The notes beneath the pieces are model-generated. The model was not told the DNA's origin, ran no database searches, and worked only from the letters and a program-made list of their open reading frames with translations. The position numbers and the translations under genes were made by a program. Below, piece after piece: positions 1 through 8,314 of a DNA stretch of 64,000 nt (its first letter is position 1; the number at the start of each line of letters is the position of its first letter). The stretch is from Candidatus Binatia bacterium (GTDB taxonomy: Bacteria > Desulfobacterota > Binatia > UBA1149 > CAITLU01). The stretch is from contig DASXOZ010000081.1 in assembly GCA_036493895.1 (NCBI GenBank), positions 201 through 64,200 of the forward strand, given 5' to 3'.

Positions 1-438
1 CGCCAGGCCGATGCCGATCACGATCGCCAGACGGATTCCAGCGAGGATCACGCCGGCGGCAAGCGGAAGCTCGACGCGGACGAGCAGCTCGCGATCGGTC
101 ATTCCCATTCCGCGGCCGGCCTCGCGTATCGCGGGGTCCACGCCGTCGATTCCGGCAACGGTGTTGCGAAGAACCGGGAGCAGCGAATACAGCGTCAGCG
201 CCACCAGTGCCGTGCGCATGCCGATGCCGCCGATCCACGGCAGCGGGATCAGCAGCCCGAAAAGAGCGAGGCTCGGAATCGTCTGCACGACCGAGACGCT
301 GCCGAGCACGAGGCTCTTCCAGCGCGGCCGGCGCGTCAGCACGATTCCGAGGGGAATCGCGACGACGCACGCCACGCCGACCGAGATGGCGACGAGAAGG
401 ATGTGACGCAGCGTCGCGGCGAGGATCTCGGCGGCCAT
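1..438 (-). CDS. OpuC/ProW-type (betaine/choline/carnitine family) ABC transporter permease. Only the N-terminal part is in the window; the gene runs off the window start.
   Basis: Manual reverse-complement translation from the ATG at 438 gives MAAEILAATLRHILLVAISVGVACVVAIPLGIVLTRRP...VQTIPSLALFGLLIPL...LYSLLPVLRNTVAGIDGVDPAIREAGRGMGMTDRELLVRVELPLAAGVILAGIRLAIVIGIG. This matches OpuCB/OpuBB-type permease motifs. It lies downstream of and co-directional with the ABC ATPase. Confidence 0.7.
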   Translation of the reverse strand, partial: MAAEILAATLRHILLVAISVGVACVVAIPLGIVLTRRPRWKSLVLGSVSVVQTIPSLALFGLLIPLPWIGGIGMRTALVALTLYSLLPVLRNTVAGIDGVDPAIREAGRGMGMTDRELLVRVELPLAAGVILAGIRLAIVIGIGLA

Positions 439-448
439 CTCCGTCCTG

Positions 449-1240
449 TCAGGGTGTGGCCGCACGGCCGGCATCGGCGTCGGTGCCTGCACCGGCGCTG
501 CGCACGCCCCATTCGCTTGCGGCAATGAAAGCACGGGCTTCGTCGTGCGTGCTGGCCGCAAGATCGGCGACGCTGCCATCGGCGACGAGCCGGCCCTCGA
601 CGACGAGCGCGACGCGGTCGGCGACCCTCGCGGCTTCCGCCAGGTCATGAGTGACGAACACCGCCGTCTTGCCGAGACGAACGGAAAGCTCACGGAACTC
701 CTGCTGCAGCTCGCGGCGAGTAATCGGGTCGAGGGCAGCGAAAGGCTCATCGAGAAGCAGCAGCGGCGGATCGGCCGCCAGCGCCCTGGCGACACCGACT
801 CTCTGGCGCTGCCCGCCGGAGAGCTGGTGCGGAAACCGGCCTGCGTAGGTGTCGGGTTCCAGGCCGACCATCGCCAGCAGCTCGTGGGTGCGCTCGCGAA
901 TCCTGGCGGGCGACCAGCCCTCGAGCTCGGGAACCGTCGCGACGTTGCGTGCGACGTCGAGGTGGGGAAACAGCCCGACCTCCTGGATCACGTAACCGCA
1001 GCGACGGCGAAGCGCGATCGGATCCTGGTCGGTGGTCGCGACGCCGCCCACGCGTACAGAGCCGGACGTCGGCAGCAAGAGCGCGTTGACGAGCCGCAGC
1101 GCCGTCGTCTTTCCGGAGCCACTGCGACCGATCAGCGCAAGCGTCTGGCCGGCCGGTACCGACAGCGAGAAGTCGTCGAGGATGTGGCGGCCGTCGGGGA
1201 GCGCGAACACGGTGCGATCGAACTCGACGAAGCCGTTCAC
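449..1240 (-). CDS. ABC transporter ATP-binding protein of the osmoprotectant/quaternary-amine (OpuC/ProV-like) family. It has no C-terminal CBS domains.
   Basis: Walker A GRSGSGKTT, ABC signature LSGGQRQRVGVARAL, Walker B LLLLDEPFAALD, H-loop VFVTHD. A GTG start at 1240 overlaps the stop of the upstream enolase-like gene (GTGA). Confidence 0.8.
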   Translation of the reverse strand: MNGFVEFDRTVFALPDGRHILDDFSLSVPAGQTLALIGRSGSGKTTALRLVNALLLPTSGSVRVGGVATTDQDPIALRRRCGYVIQEVGLFPHLDVARNVATVPELEGWSPARIRERTHELLAMVGLEPDTYAGRFPHQLSGGQRQRVGVARALAADPPLLLLDEPFAALDPITRRELQQEFRELSVRLGKTAVFVTHDLAEAARVADRVALVVEGRLVADGSVADLAASTHDEARAFIAASEWGVRSAGAGTDADAGRAATP

Positions 1241-2265
1241 CGGGCGTGCTCTCCGAATCCCGGCGCTCGCGCATCGACGTCCAGGCGCAGGGGCCGCCCG
1301 GCGGATCCGACCAGAGGAGCGACGTCGTTGGTCCCTTCGGGGCAGGCCAGCGCGGCCAGCACCAGCGCCTGGCTGCGACCGACGCCCGCCTCGAACATTC
1401 CGCCGATGTACGGCTCGATGCCGAGCGTCCTGGCGCGTGCGATGCAGTCGATCGCCTCGAGCACGCCTCCGAGGCGCGGCGCTTTGATATTGACGGCAAG
1501 GGGTCGCGGCACGAGATGCTCGAGCGCCTCGGCGCTGATGACGGGACTGTCGGCGGCAAAACGCGCGCGCAGCGACGCAGACCAGCGCTCGCGCGGCAAC
1601 GGTGGATCCTCGATGCGGCAGCCGGGAACCAGCGCGCATGCGCGCTCGGCGTCCTCGACGCTGCCCGCATCCTTGCAATCGAGCACCGCGACGCGCCCGA
1701 GTGCGGCGAGGTCCTTCAGCACCGAGTCCGGCCACGCAGGGTCGAGATCGATCTTCACCTCGAGAGGACCGGCAAAGCCCTCGGTGATTTCGCGAACCGG
1801 GTCCTGCATCCTTGCGAACGATAGCACATAACGCACCGGGCGCGGGTCCACTGCTGTCAGTCGAAACAGGTTGGTGTGCTGCTGGCGCAGCGCAAGATCG
1901 ATCGCTGCCGCTTCGATGGCTGCGCGATCATACGCAGGCAGATCGCCTGCCAGCCCGCTCCACTGTCCAACGGTCGTTTCGGGACGGATCGGAAGCTTCT
2001 GGACAGCCTCCGCGAAGCGCGAATGATCCGCGTCACTCCAGCCGACGTGCTCGCCCAGTCCCCGTTCACCGTCGCCTCCGACGATGATCGTTGCCGAAGG
2101 CCTCTCGCCGCCCGGATACGACGGCATCGGCACGGTCCGGATGCAGACCGTCAGCCAGTGGATCGCCAGGGGAAGTGCTTCGATCTTCGCACGCAGAGGG
2201 CTCGGAGCCTCAGCCAAGACTCCCTCCCTGACGGCCGGCGGAGCGAAGGCACCCGGCCGGATCAA
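1237..2265 (-). CDS. Enolase-superfamily protein, resembling the OSBS / dipeptide-epimerase / betaine-epimerase group. The substrate is unknown.
   Basis: 342-aa ORF with a C-terminal TIM-barrel-like region (RVAVLDCKDAG, VNIKAPRLGG, IGGMFEAGVGRSQALVLAA) typical of mandelate racemase/muconate lactonizing enzyme relatives. A TTG start at 2265 overlaps the egtDB stop (TTGA), consistent with translational coupling. Confidence 0.5.
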   Translation of the reverse strand: MIRPGAFAPPAVREGVLAEAPSPLRAKIEALPLAIHWLTVCIRTVPMPSYPGGERPSATIIVGGDGERGLGEHVGWSDADHSRFAEAVQKLPIRPETTVGQWSGLAGDLPAYDRAAIEAAAIDLALRQQHTNLFRLTAVDPRPVRYVLSFARMQDPVREITEGFAGPLEVKIDLDPAWPDSVLKDLAALGRVAVLDCKDAGSVEDAERACALVPGCRIEDPPLPRERWSASLRARFAADSPVISAEALEHLVPRPLAVNIKAPRLGGVLEAIDCIARARTLGIEPYIGGMFEAGVGRSQALVLAALACPEGTNDVAPLVGSAGRPLRLDVDARAPGFGEHAR

Positions 2266-4583
2266 TCATGGGCGCAGCGGAAACCTGCGAAGATCTGGCG
2301 GCGCTGGGGCAGGTCCCAGTTCCGGAATGTGTTGCGGATCGCAATCGATGCCGTGGCCCACGAGCCGCCGCGCAGCACTTTGTGCGCGCTGCCGAAATGA
2401 ACCTGCGAGTATTCGGGGTACGGGAAGGCGCGGAACCCGGGATACGGCAGGAAATCGCTTGCCGTCCATTCCCAGACGTCGCCGAGCATCTGCCCGCAGC
2501 CGTAGTAACTGCGACCTTGCGGATACGCACCGACGGCAGCCGGCGCGAACGTGCGCTGGTCGAGGTTGGCGCGGTGGGGCGACGGTTCGCTGTCGCCCCA
2601 GGGATAGAGTCGCGCGACGCCGCGCTCGAGGTCCCAGGCGGCCGCCTTTTCCCATTCGGCCTCGCTCGGCAGCCTTCTCCCGAGCCAGCGCGCGCACGCG
2701 ACCGCCTCGTACCAGCAGACGTGAACCACGGGACGATCCGCGACGAGCGGCGCCCTGCGGCCGAAGGCAAGCTCGCTCCAATTCCCGTCGCCCTCGCGTC
2801 TCCATCCGGCGGGATGATTCGCGCCCGATTCACGCAGCCACTGCCATCCTTCGGTCGTCCACATTTCGCGACGCCTGTAACCGCCGTCTTCGACGAAGCG
2901 TGCGAACACCTCGTTGGTCACCGGGTGCGCGTCGATCCAGAACGACGGCAGGTCGACGATGTGGCAGGGCCTCTCGTTGTCGTAGGCCGCGCTGCGATCG
3001 TCGCTTCCCATCGTGAACGGGCCGGCCGCGATGAGCACTTCTTCGCCGCTGCCGGCGGCGCAGGCCGGTGGCTGAGTCTCGATGCGCCGCGACGGCTCGT
3101 ACTGAGGGAAATTCGTCAGCTGGATCCCCTGCAGGATCGTCTCGCCATGCTGCGCCTCGTGCTGGGCGATCATCGAAAAAACGTAGCCGTCGCGCAGCAA
3201 CGGGTCTTCGGAAGTCAGCGGCGCCGAATCGAGCAGTGCCAGCGTCGCGTCGCGTGCAGCCTCGAGGTCGGACAGGCATTGTGCGCCACTCGAAAGCGCC
3301 AGCGAGCCGCGAACACGGCGAGGATGTCGGATCGGATCGTAGATGCCGGCGTCGTACGCCGGCACGTCGGCGGTACCGCGGCGCGACGCCGTCCGGTACA
3401 CCCATTCCTGCTCGTAGCTCGCGATGTGGCCGAGGTCCCAGACGACGGGGCTCAGGATCGGCGAATGCTGCGACGTAAGGCCGGCCGGCGTCAGAGGCGC
3501 GACGATCTCGAGAGTCCGTTCGCGTTGTTCCTGCAGCTCTGTCCGCAGTCGCTCGCGAAGGCGCGCCGGCCGGTCCGCATGGGCACGGTAGCGCAGCAGC
3601 AGCAGCGCAAACAGGCAGTCGGGGTCGGTGAAAGTTTCGACGTGCCCGAACCCGTGTCGCATCGCATCGGCGATCATCTGCTCGGTACGGAACTTGCGGC
3701 TGATCTCGACGAGCACTTCCTCGCCGGCCTCGATGCGGAACTGCCTTTTCCATCGGGGCAACGTGACGACGACCGGCCGCAGCGCGCGCGCGAAAATGTC
3801 GATGCGCGATTTTTCCTCGTTCCAGCGCGCGACGTGCTCGAGCGATGCAACGTCGACTTCGGTGCCGAGCTCCCGGTTCATGCGCGAGAACAGGTTGAGC
3901 GTGAACGCTGCGCTCCATCCGTCGGCGTCGTTGTAGGCCGCCTCGAGGACGCGGGTGTCCTTGACGAGGTCGATTCCGAGAAGCAGCTGGTCGCGGTCGG
4001 CGAGGTTGGCCGTGAGCATCGTGAAAAATTCGCCGAGCTCATCGGGATTCAGATTGCCGATGCTGCTGCCGAGAAAGAGCAGCGTCACCGGAGAGAAGCG
4101 GCGAAGCCGCGGAAGCGCCTGCTCGTAGGAGCCGGCAAGCGGCGTGACGGCCAGGGCCGGAAATTCTGCTCGAAGCGCCTCGCAGGTCGCGGCCAGCATC
4201 GTGCGGCTGATGTCGATCGGCACGTAGCGGGCCACCGGCCGCGGATGCGGCCCGGCGGTCCAGGCATCGAGCAGATGACGCGTCTTGGTGGCGCTGCCGG
4301 CACCGAGCTCGACGAGCGTCGTTGCGCCGCACACCGCGCGGATGCGCTGCGCCTCGCGTGCGAGGATCCCCGCTTCGGTGCGAGTGGGGTAGTACTCGCG
4401 CTGCTCGGTGATGTGCTCGAAGATCTCGCTGCCGCGGTGATCGTAAAGGTAGCGGCAGCTCAGCCAGCGTGGACGATCGCCGAGGCCGCGGATTACCGAT
4501 CTGGCGAACGCTTCGCGCACCAGATCCGCCTGCGAGGCGGCGACGCGGCCGACACGGTGGGCGCTCTGCAACGGCCCCGACAT
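2262..4583 (-). CDS. egtDB: Bifunctional ergothioneine biosynthesis protein. The N-terminal part is an EgtD-like L-histidine N-alpha-methyltransferase (about 3600-4583). The C-terminal part is an EgtB-like sulfoxide synthase with DinB_2 and FGE-sulfatase domains (about 2262-3600).
   Basis: The N-terminus RYLYDHRGSEIFEHITEQREYYPTRTEAGIL is the EgtD signature. The C-terminal half carries the DinB-like His motifs (HIASYEQEW, HEAQHGE) and the FGE/sulfatase-modifying fold (YDNERPCHIVDLPSFWIDAHPVTN, LRGGSWATASIAIRNTFRN). It is one uninterrupted 773-aa ORF. Confidence 0.85.
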   Translation of the reverse strand: MSGPLQSAHRVGRVAASQADLVREAFARSVIRGLGDRPRWLSCRYLYDHRGSEIFEHITEQREYYPTRTEAGILAREAQRIRAVCGATTLVELGAGSATKTRHLLDAWTAGPHPRPVARYVPIDISRTMLAATCEALRAEFPALAVTPLAGSYEQALPRLRRFSPVTLLFLGSSIGNLNPDELGEFFTMLTANLADRDQLLLGIDLVKDTRVLEAAYNDADGWSAAFTLNLFSRMNRELGTEVDVASLEHVARWNEEKSRIDIFARALRPVVVTLPRWKRQFRIEAGEEVLVEISRKFRTEQMIADAMRHGFGHVETFTDPDCLFALLLLRYRAHADRPARLRERLRTELQEQRERTLEIVAPLTPAGLTSQHSPILSPVVWDLGHIASYEQEWVYRTASRRGTADVPAYDAGIYDPIRHPRRVRGSLALSSGAQCLSDLEAARDATLALLDSAPLTSEDPLLRDGYVFSMIAQHEAQHGETILQGIQLTNFPQYEPSRRIETQPPACAAGSGEEVLIAAGPFTMGSDDRSAAYDNERPCHIVDLPSFWIDAHPVTNEVFARFVEDGGYRRREMWTTEGWQWLRESGANHPAGWRREGDGNWSELAFGRRAPLVADRPVVHVCWYEAVACARWLGRRLPSEAEWEKAAAWDLERGVARLYPWGDSEPSPHRANLDQRTFAPAAVGAYPQGRSYYGCGQMLGDVWEWTASDFLPYPGFRAFPYPEYSQVHFGSAHKVLRGGSWATASIAIRNTFRNWDLPQRRQIFAGFRCAHD

Positions 4584-4811
4584 CGCGGGCCGCTCTATGG
4601 CGGCTTGTGGATGCAGTCAATTCCTTCGGCCTCCCACCCGAGGCGGCGCCCCTCGTGTTGTATCCTTTCGAGCGAGCACGGTTGCGTGGCCTGGCCGCAT
4701 TGCGTGGGCGGCGCGCCTTGCCGACAATCAAGTCGGTTGCATCGGCAACGCCCGTCGTGGCGCGTACTTGCGCAGCGGGCGGAGCCCGGCGCACGACGGG
4801 GAAAACCAGCG

Positions 4812-6206
4812 GTGGCATACGCGACGACGGTGGGTGGTACGCGCTGGGTCTTTCGCGACCTGAAGGACCTGCTCGCGAAAGCCTCGCCCGATCGCTCCGG
4901 CGATCACCTTGCCGGTATTGCCGCCGCGTCGGCGACCGAGCGGTTCGCGGCCCAGTCCGCGCTCGCCGACCTGCCGCTCAAGGAGTTCCTCGAATACGAG
5001 CTGGTGCCTTACGAAGAGGACGAGGTCACACGCCTCATCGTGGACACGCACGACGCTGCTGCGTTTGCGCCGGTTGCATCGCTGACCGTCGGTGAGCTTC
5101 GCGAGTGGCTGCTCGGCGACCAGGTCGACTCGCAAAGCCTGACCGCGGTTGCGCCTGGACTGACGCCGGAGATGGTTGCCGCGGTTTCCAAGCTGATGCG
5201 CCTGCAGGACCTCGCGGTGGTGTCGGCGCGCTGCGAAGTCGTCACGCGTTTCCGCGGCACGATCGGGCTTCGCGCCCGGCTCGCTACGCGTCTTCAGCCG
5301 AATCATCCGACCGACGACAGCCGCGGCATCGCTGCGGCAATCGTCGACGGTCTGCTGCTCGGCGCAGGCGACGCGGTGATCGGCGTGAACCCCGCAGGAG
5401 ACGGTGTCGCCAACTACGTGCGCATCGTCACGCTCCTCGACGACATTCGCACCAGGCTCGGCCTTCCGGGCCAGGGCTGCTGCCTCGGCCACGTGACGAC
5501 TGCGATCGAAGCGATCGAGCGGGGCGCGCCGGTAGACCTGGTTTTCCAGTCGATTGCCGGCTCGCAGAAGGCCAACGCCGGCTTCGGCGTCACGCTGGCG
5601 CTGCTGCGCGAAGCGCAGGCCGCTGCGCTGTCGCTCCGGCGCGGCACCGTCGGGGACAACGTGATGTATTTTGAAACCGGACAGGGCGCGGCGCTTTCGG
5701 CCGAAGCCCACCACGGCGTCGACCAGCAGACGATGGAAGCGCGCGCTTACGCAGTGGCTCGTGCGTTCCGCCCCCTGCTGCTGAACACCGTCGTCGGATT
5801 CATCGGCCCCGAGTACCTCTACGATGGAAAGCAGATCCAGCGCGCGGGCCTCGAGGATCATTTCTGCGGCAAGCTGCTCGGCGTGCCGATGGGCGTCGAC
5901 GTCTGCTACACGAACCACGCCGAGGCGGACCAGGACGACATGGATTCGCTGCTCGCAATGCTCGTGCTGGCCGGCGTCAACTTCGTCATCACCGTTCCCG
6001 GCGCCGACGACGTCATGCTGAACTACCAGAGCCTGTCCCACCACGACGTGCTCGCGGTGCGCGCGCTCACCGGAAGGCGCTGCGCACCCGAATTCGAGGC
6101 ATGGCTCGCGAGCATGGGGTTGGCCGACGACCGTGGCAGGCTGCTCGCGAATCCCGACCGTCGCGCGCTCGAGGGCGCGCTGGCGGCAATCGAGAGTGCG
6201 CCGTGA
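4812..6206 (+). CDS. eutB: Ethanolamine ammonia-lyase large subunit
   Basis: Aligns with EutB along its whole length (GDAVIGVNP, QGCCLGHVTTAIEAIERGAP, FETGQGAALSAEAHHGVDQQTMEARAYAV, NTVVGFIGPEYLYDGKQIQRAGLEDHF). A GTG start at 4812 gives MAYATTVGGTRWVFRDL, which aligns with the canonical MKLKTTLFG N-terminus. The long upstream in-frame extension of ORF 2268..6206 is antisense to egtDB and is not part of the gene. Confidence 0.9.
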   Translation: MAYATTVGGTRWVFRDLKDLLAKASPDRSGDHLAGIAAASATERFAAQSALADLPLKEFLEYELVPYEEDEVTRLIVDTHDAAAFAPVASLTVGELREWLLGDQVDSQSLTAVAPGLTPEMVAAVSKLMRLQDLAVVSARCEVVTRFRGTIGLRARLATRLQPNHPTDDSRGIAAAIVDGLLLGAGDAVIGVNPAGDGVANYVRIVTLLDDIRTRLGLPGQGCCLGHVTTAIEAIERGAPVDLVFQSIAGSQKANAGFGVTLALLREAQAAALSLRRGTVGDNVMYFETGQGAALSAEAHHGVDQQTMEARAYAVARAFRPLLLNTVVGFIGPEYLYDGKQIQRAGLEDHFCGKLLGVPMGVDVCYTNHAEADQDDMDSLLAMLVLAGVNFVITVPGADDVMLNYQSLSHHDVLAVRALTGRRCAPEFEAWLASMGLADDRGRLLANPDRRALEGALAAIESAP

Positions 6207-6970
6207 CCCGGTTGCCGAGCGTGATTCCCGCGGCGATCTCGCGCGAGGTGCTCGGCCGCCACACCGCGGCGCGCGTGGCACTCGGGCGCGCCGGAGCGAG
6301 CCTGCCGACGCGCGCCCACCTTGCATTCGTCGGTGACCACGCGCGCGCACGCGACGCCGTGTGGACCGCCGTCGATTTCGATGCGCTGGCCGCTGCGCTC
6401 GGCGCCCGCTCCCTGGTGACCGTGCGCCTGCACAGCCGCGCGCCCGACCGCGCCACCTACCTTCGAAGGCCCGACCTGGGACGGCTTCTCGACGATGCGT
6501 CCCTTTCGCGCCTTGCGTCGCTCGCGGAGGCCGGCGGCAACCGCATCGCAATCGTCATCGCCGACGGGCTCTCGGCAGAGGCCGTGCAGACCAACGCCGT
6601 GGCCGTCGTCGAACCTCTCGTCGCTGCGCTCGAGGCGCAAGGATCTCGCGTCGCTTGCGTGGCTCTCGTCGAGCAGGGACGCGTCGCGGTGGGCGATCCC
6701 GTCGGCGAAGCGCTCGGCGCTGACCTCGTCGTCGTGCTGATCGGCGAGCGACCGGGCCTGTCGGCCGCCGACTCCCTCGGCTGTTACGTGACGTGGGCGC
6801 CGCGGCCCGGCACGCCGGATTCGCGGCGCAACTGCATCTCGAACATCCGATGCGGCGGCCTGATTCCTGCCGATGCAGCGGCGCGAATCGCATGGCTCGT
6901 CGGCGAGGCGACGAAAAGACGCCTTACCGGCGTCGCGCTGAAGCAGGAAGAAGTCCCCGTTTCTCGTTGA
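6203..6970 (+). CDS. eutC: Ethanolamine ammonia-lyase small subunit
   Basis: EutC-like (VIADGLSAEAV, LIGERPGLSAADSLGCY, RNCISNIRCGGLIPADAAARIAWLV). A GTG start at 6203 overlaps the eutB stop (GTGA). Confidence 0.85.
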   Translation: MTRLPSVIPAAISREVLGRHTAARVALGRAGASLPTRAHLAFVGDHARARDAVWTAVDFDALAAALGARSLVTVRLHSRAPDRATYLRRPDLGRLLDDASLSRLASLAEAGGNRIAIVIADGLSAEAVQTNAVAVVEPLVAALEAQGSRVACVALVEQGRVAVGDPVGEALGADLVVVLIGERPGLSAADSLGCYVTWAPRPGTPDSRRNCISNIRCGGLIPADAAARIAWLVGEATKRRLTGVALKQEEVPVSR

Positions 6971-7106
6971 GCGTAGCGCAGGCGGCTGCCCCGCCGGGTG
7001 CGACGCTGCTGCGCCGTCACAGTGGTTTCCGCGCCGCCGCGGGGGCAGGGGGTCTCGACGCGACTGCAATATGCTGACTGGATGGACATCGACGTGATGA
7101 GGCGCA

Positions 7107-7649
7107 GTGGTGTCCGACCTGACCAATCTTCCGACCTGCAACGAGAACGGCGACGTCCACGTCGTCGTCGAGGCGCCGCGCGGATCGCTCGTCAAGCTGA
7201 AGTTCGAGCCGCTCCTGAGGACATGGGTGTTCCAGCGCGCATTGCCGCTCGGGGTCGCGTATCCGTACGACTGGGGCTTCATCCCGAGCACGACGGCTGC
7301 GGACGGAGATCCGCTCGACGCGATGGTGCTGAGCGACGTTGCGACCTGGCCGGGCGTCGTCATCGAAACTTCGCCGATCGGTGCGGTCTCGATGGTCCAG
7401 CGCGACGGCAAGGGCGAGGCGGAGATACGCAACGACAGGATCATCCTGGTTCCGCGGCGTGACCGCCGTTACGAGGACGTCCGTGACATTTCGAAACGAA
7501 TGCGCGAGGAGCTCGAACAGTTCTTCGTCACCGCGATCGAAATGACGGGCAAGAGCGTGAAAATCGAAGGCTGGAAGAGCGCGAAAGCCGCCCAGCGCGC
7601 GATCCGCAAGGCGAGCGGCCGCTACGAGCGCGGTGCCGGCCGGCGTTGA
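7107..7649 (+). CDS. ppa: Inorganic pyrophosphatase
   Basis: Family I PPase motifs YPYDWGFIPSTTAADGDPLDAMVL and EAPRGSLVKLKFE. 180 aa. Confidence 0.9.
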   Translation: MVSDLTNLPTCNENGDVHVVVEAPRGSLVKLKFEPLLRTWVFQRALPLGVAYPYDWGFIPSTTAADGDPLDAMVLSDVATWPGVVIETSPIGAVSMVQRDGKGEAEIRNDRIILVPRRDRRYEDVRDISKRMREELEQFFVTAIEMTGKSVKIEGWKSAKAAQRAIRKASGRYERGAGRR

Positions 7650-7667
7650 GACGGCCGCGGACGATGC

Positions 7668-8204
7668 TCATTGCTGCGGCTGCCCGGCGCCCAGCACCGC
7701 TTCGAGCTCGAACACGTGGGGATCCTCGGCGCCGAGACGGCGCAGCGAATCGGCGAGCCGGCACACGTATTCGGCGTTCGGGCCGCTGTGGCCCCTGGCG
7801 GCGCGGATCTGCGCCGCAAGCTCGTCAAGAGGAGCCGGTCCCAGATAGTTCGGGTTGCGCGGGTCGGCCATGTAGATCAACCCCTGCACGCTCGAGTCGG
7901 GCGCGGTGAACAGGCGGGTGCGGACCCTGCGGTAGCCGCCCCGCTCGCGATGGTCGAGGTGCGCGAGCACGTCGTCGCGCTCATGGTCACGAAGCCGGAA
8001 CGCGACGCCGCGGCAGACTGCGCCGATGCGACGCACCAGCGTGACCACACGGCCCGGCGCCCCCGGCTCTCCTCGATGATCCGTCGATCCCTGCCAGAAG
8101 CGGCGTTCCCAGCCATGGATGAAGCCCGGCAGCGCGACATCGTATGGAAACTCCTGCTTCCACAGGAGCGACCCGTAGCCGAAGATCCACGTCGATCCGG
8201 ACAC
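7668..8204 (-). CDS. ChaC-like gamma-glutamylcyclotransferase
   Basis: The C-terminal 178 aa of the long ORF 7668..9116 read IFGYGSLLWKQEFPY...VQGLIYMADPRNPNYLGPA (ChaC/GGCT fold). A GTG start at 8204 is inferred. The upstream part of the ORF is an Arg-rich high-GC artefact. Confidence 0.75.
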   Translation of the reverse strand: MSGSTWIFGYGSLLWKQEFPYDVALPGFIHGWERRFWQGSTDHRGEPGAPGRVVTLVRRIGAVCRGVAFRLRDHERDDVLAHLDHRERGGYRRVRTRLFTAPDSSVQGLIYMADPRNPNYLGPAPLDELAAQIRAARGHSGPNAEYVCRLADSLRRLGAEDPHVFELEAVLGAGQPQQ

Positions 8205-8314
8205 GGCTCGCGATGATATCAGCCAGCCGGGCGAAGGTCGCGCGCGATGCCTCAGGTTTTTTGCGACGCCGGCCTCGAACCGGAACGGACGCCGGTCGCA
8301 GGTCGGCGTCTCGG

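Noticed and set aside
4584-4811. Possible cobalamin riboswitch upstream of eutB
   Set aside because: No B12-box-like consensus was seen by eye. It cannot be excluded without running a covariance model.
2268-6206. 1312-aa plus-strand ORF spanning egtDB and eutB
   Set aside because: Only the last roughly 464 codons (from the GTG at 4812) align with EutB. The upstream 850 codons are the antisense shadow of the minus-strand egtDB gene in a stop-poor high-GC sequence.
4728-6551. 607-aa minus-strand ORF
   Set aside because: It is antisense to eutB/eutC. The Arg/Ala/Gly-rich composition with no domain signature is typical of a GC-rich shadow ORF.
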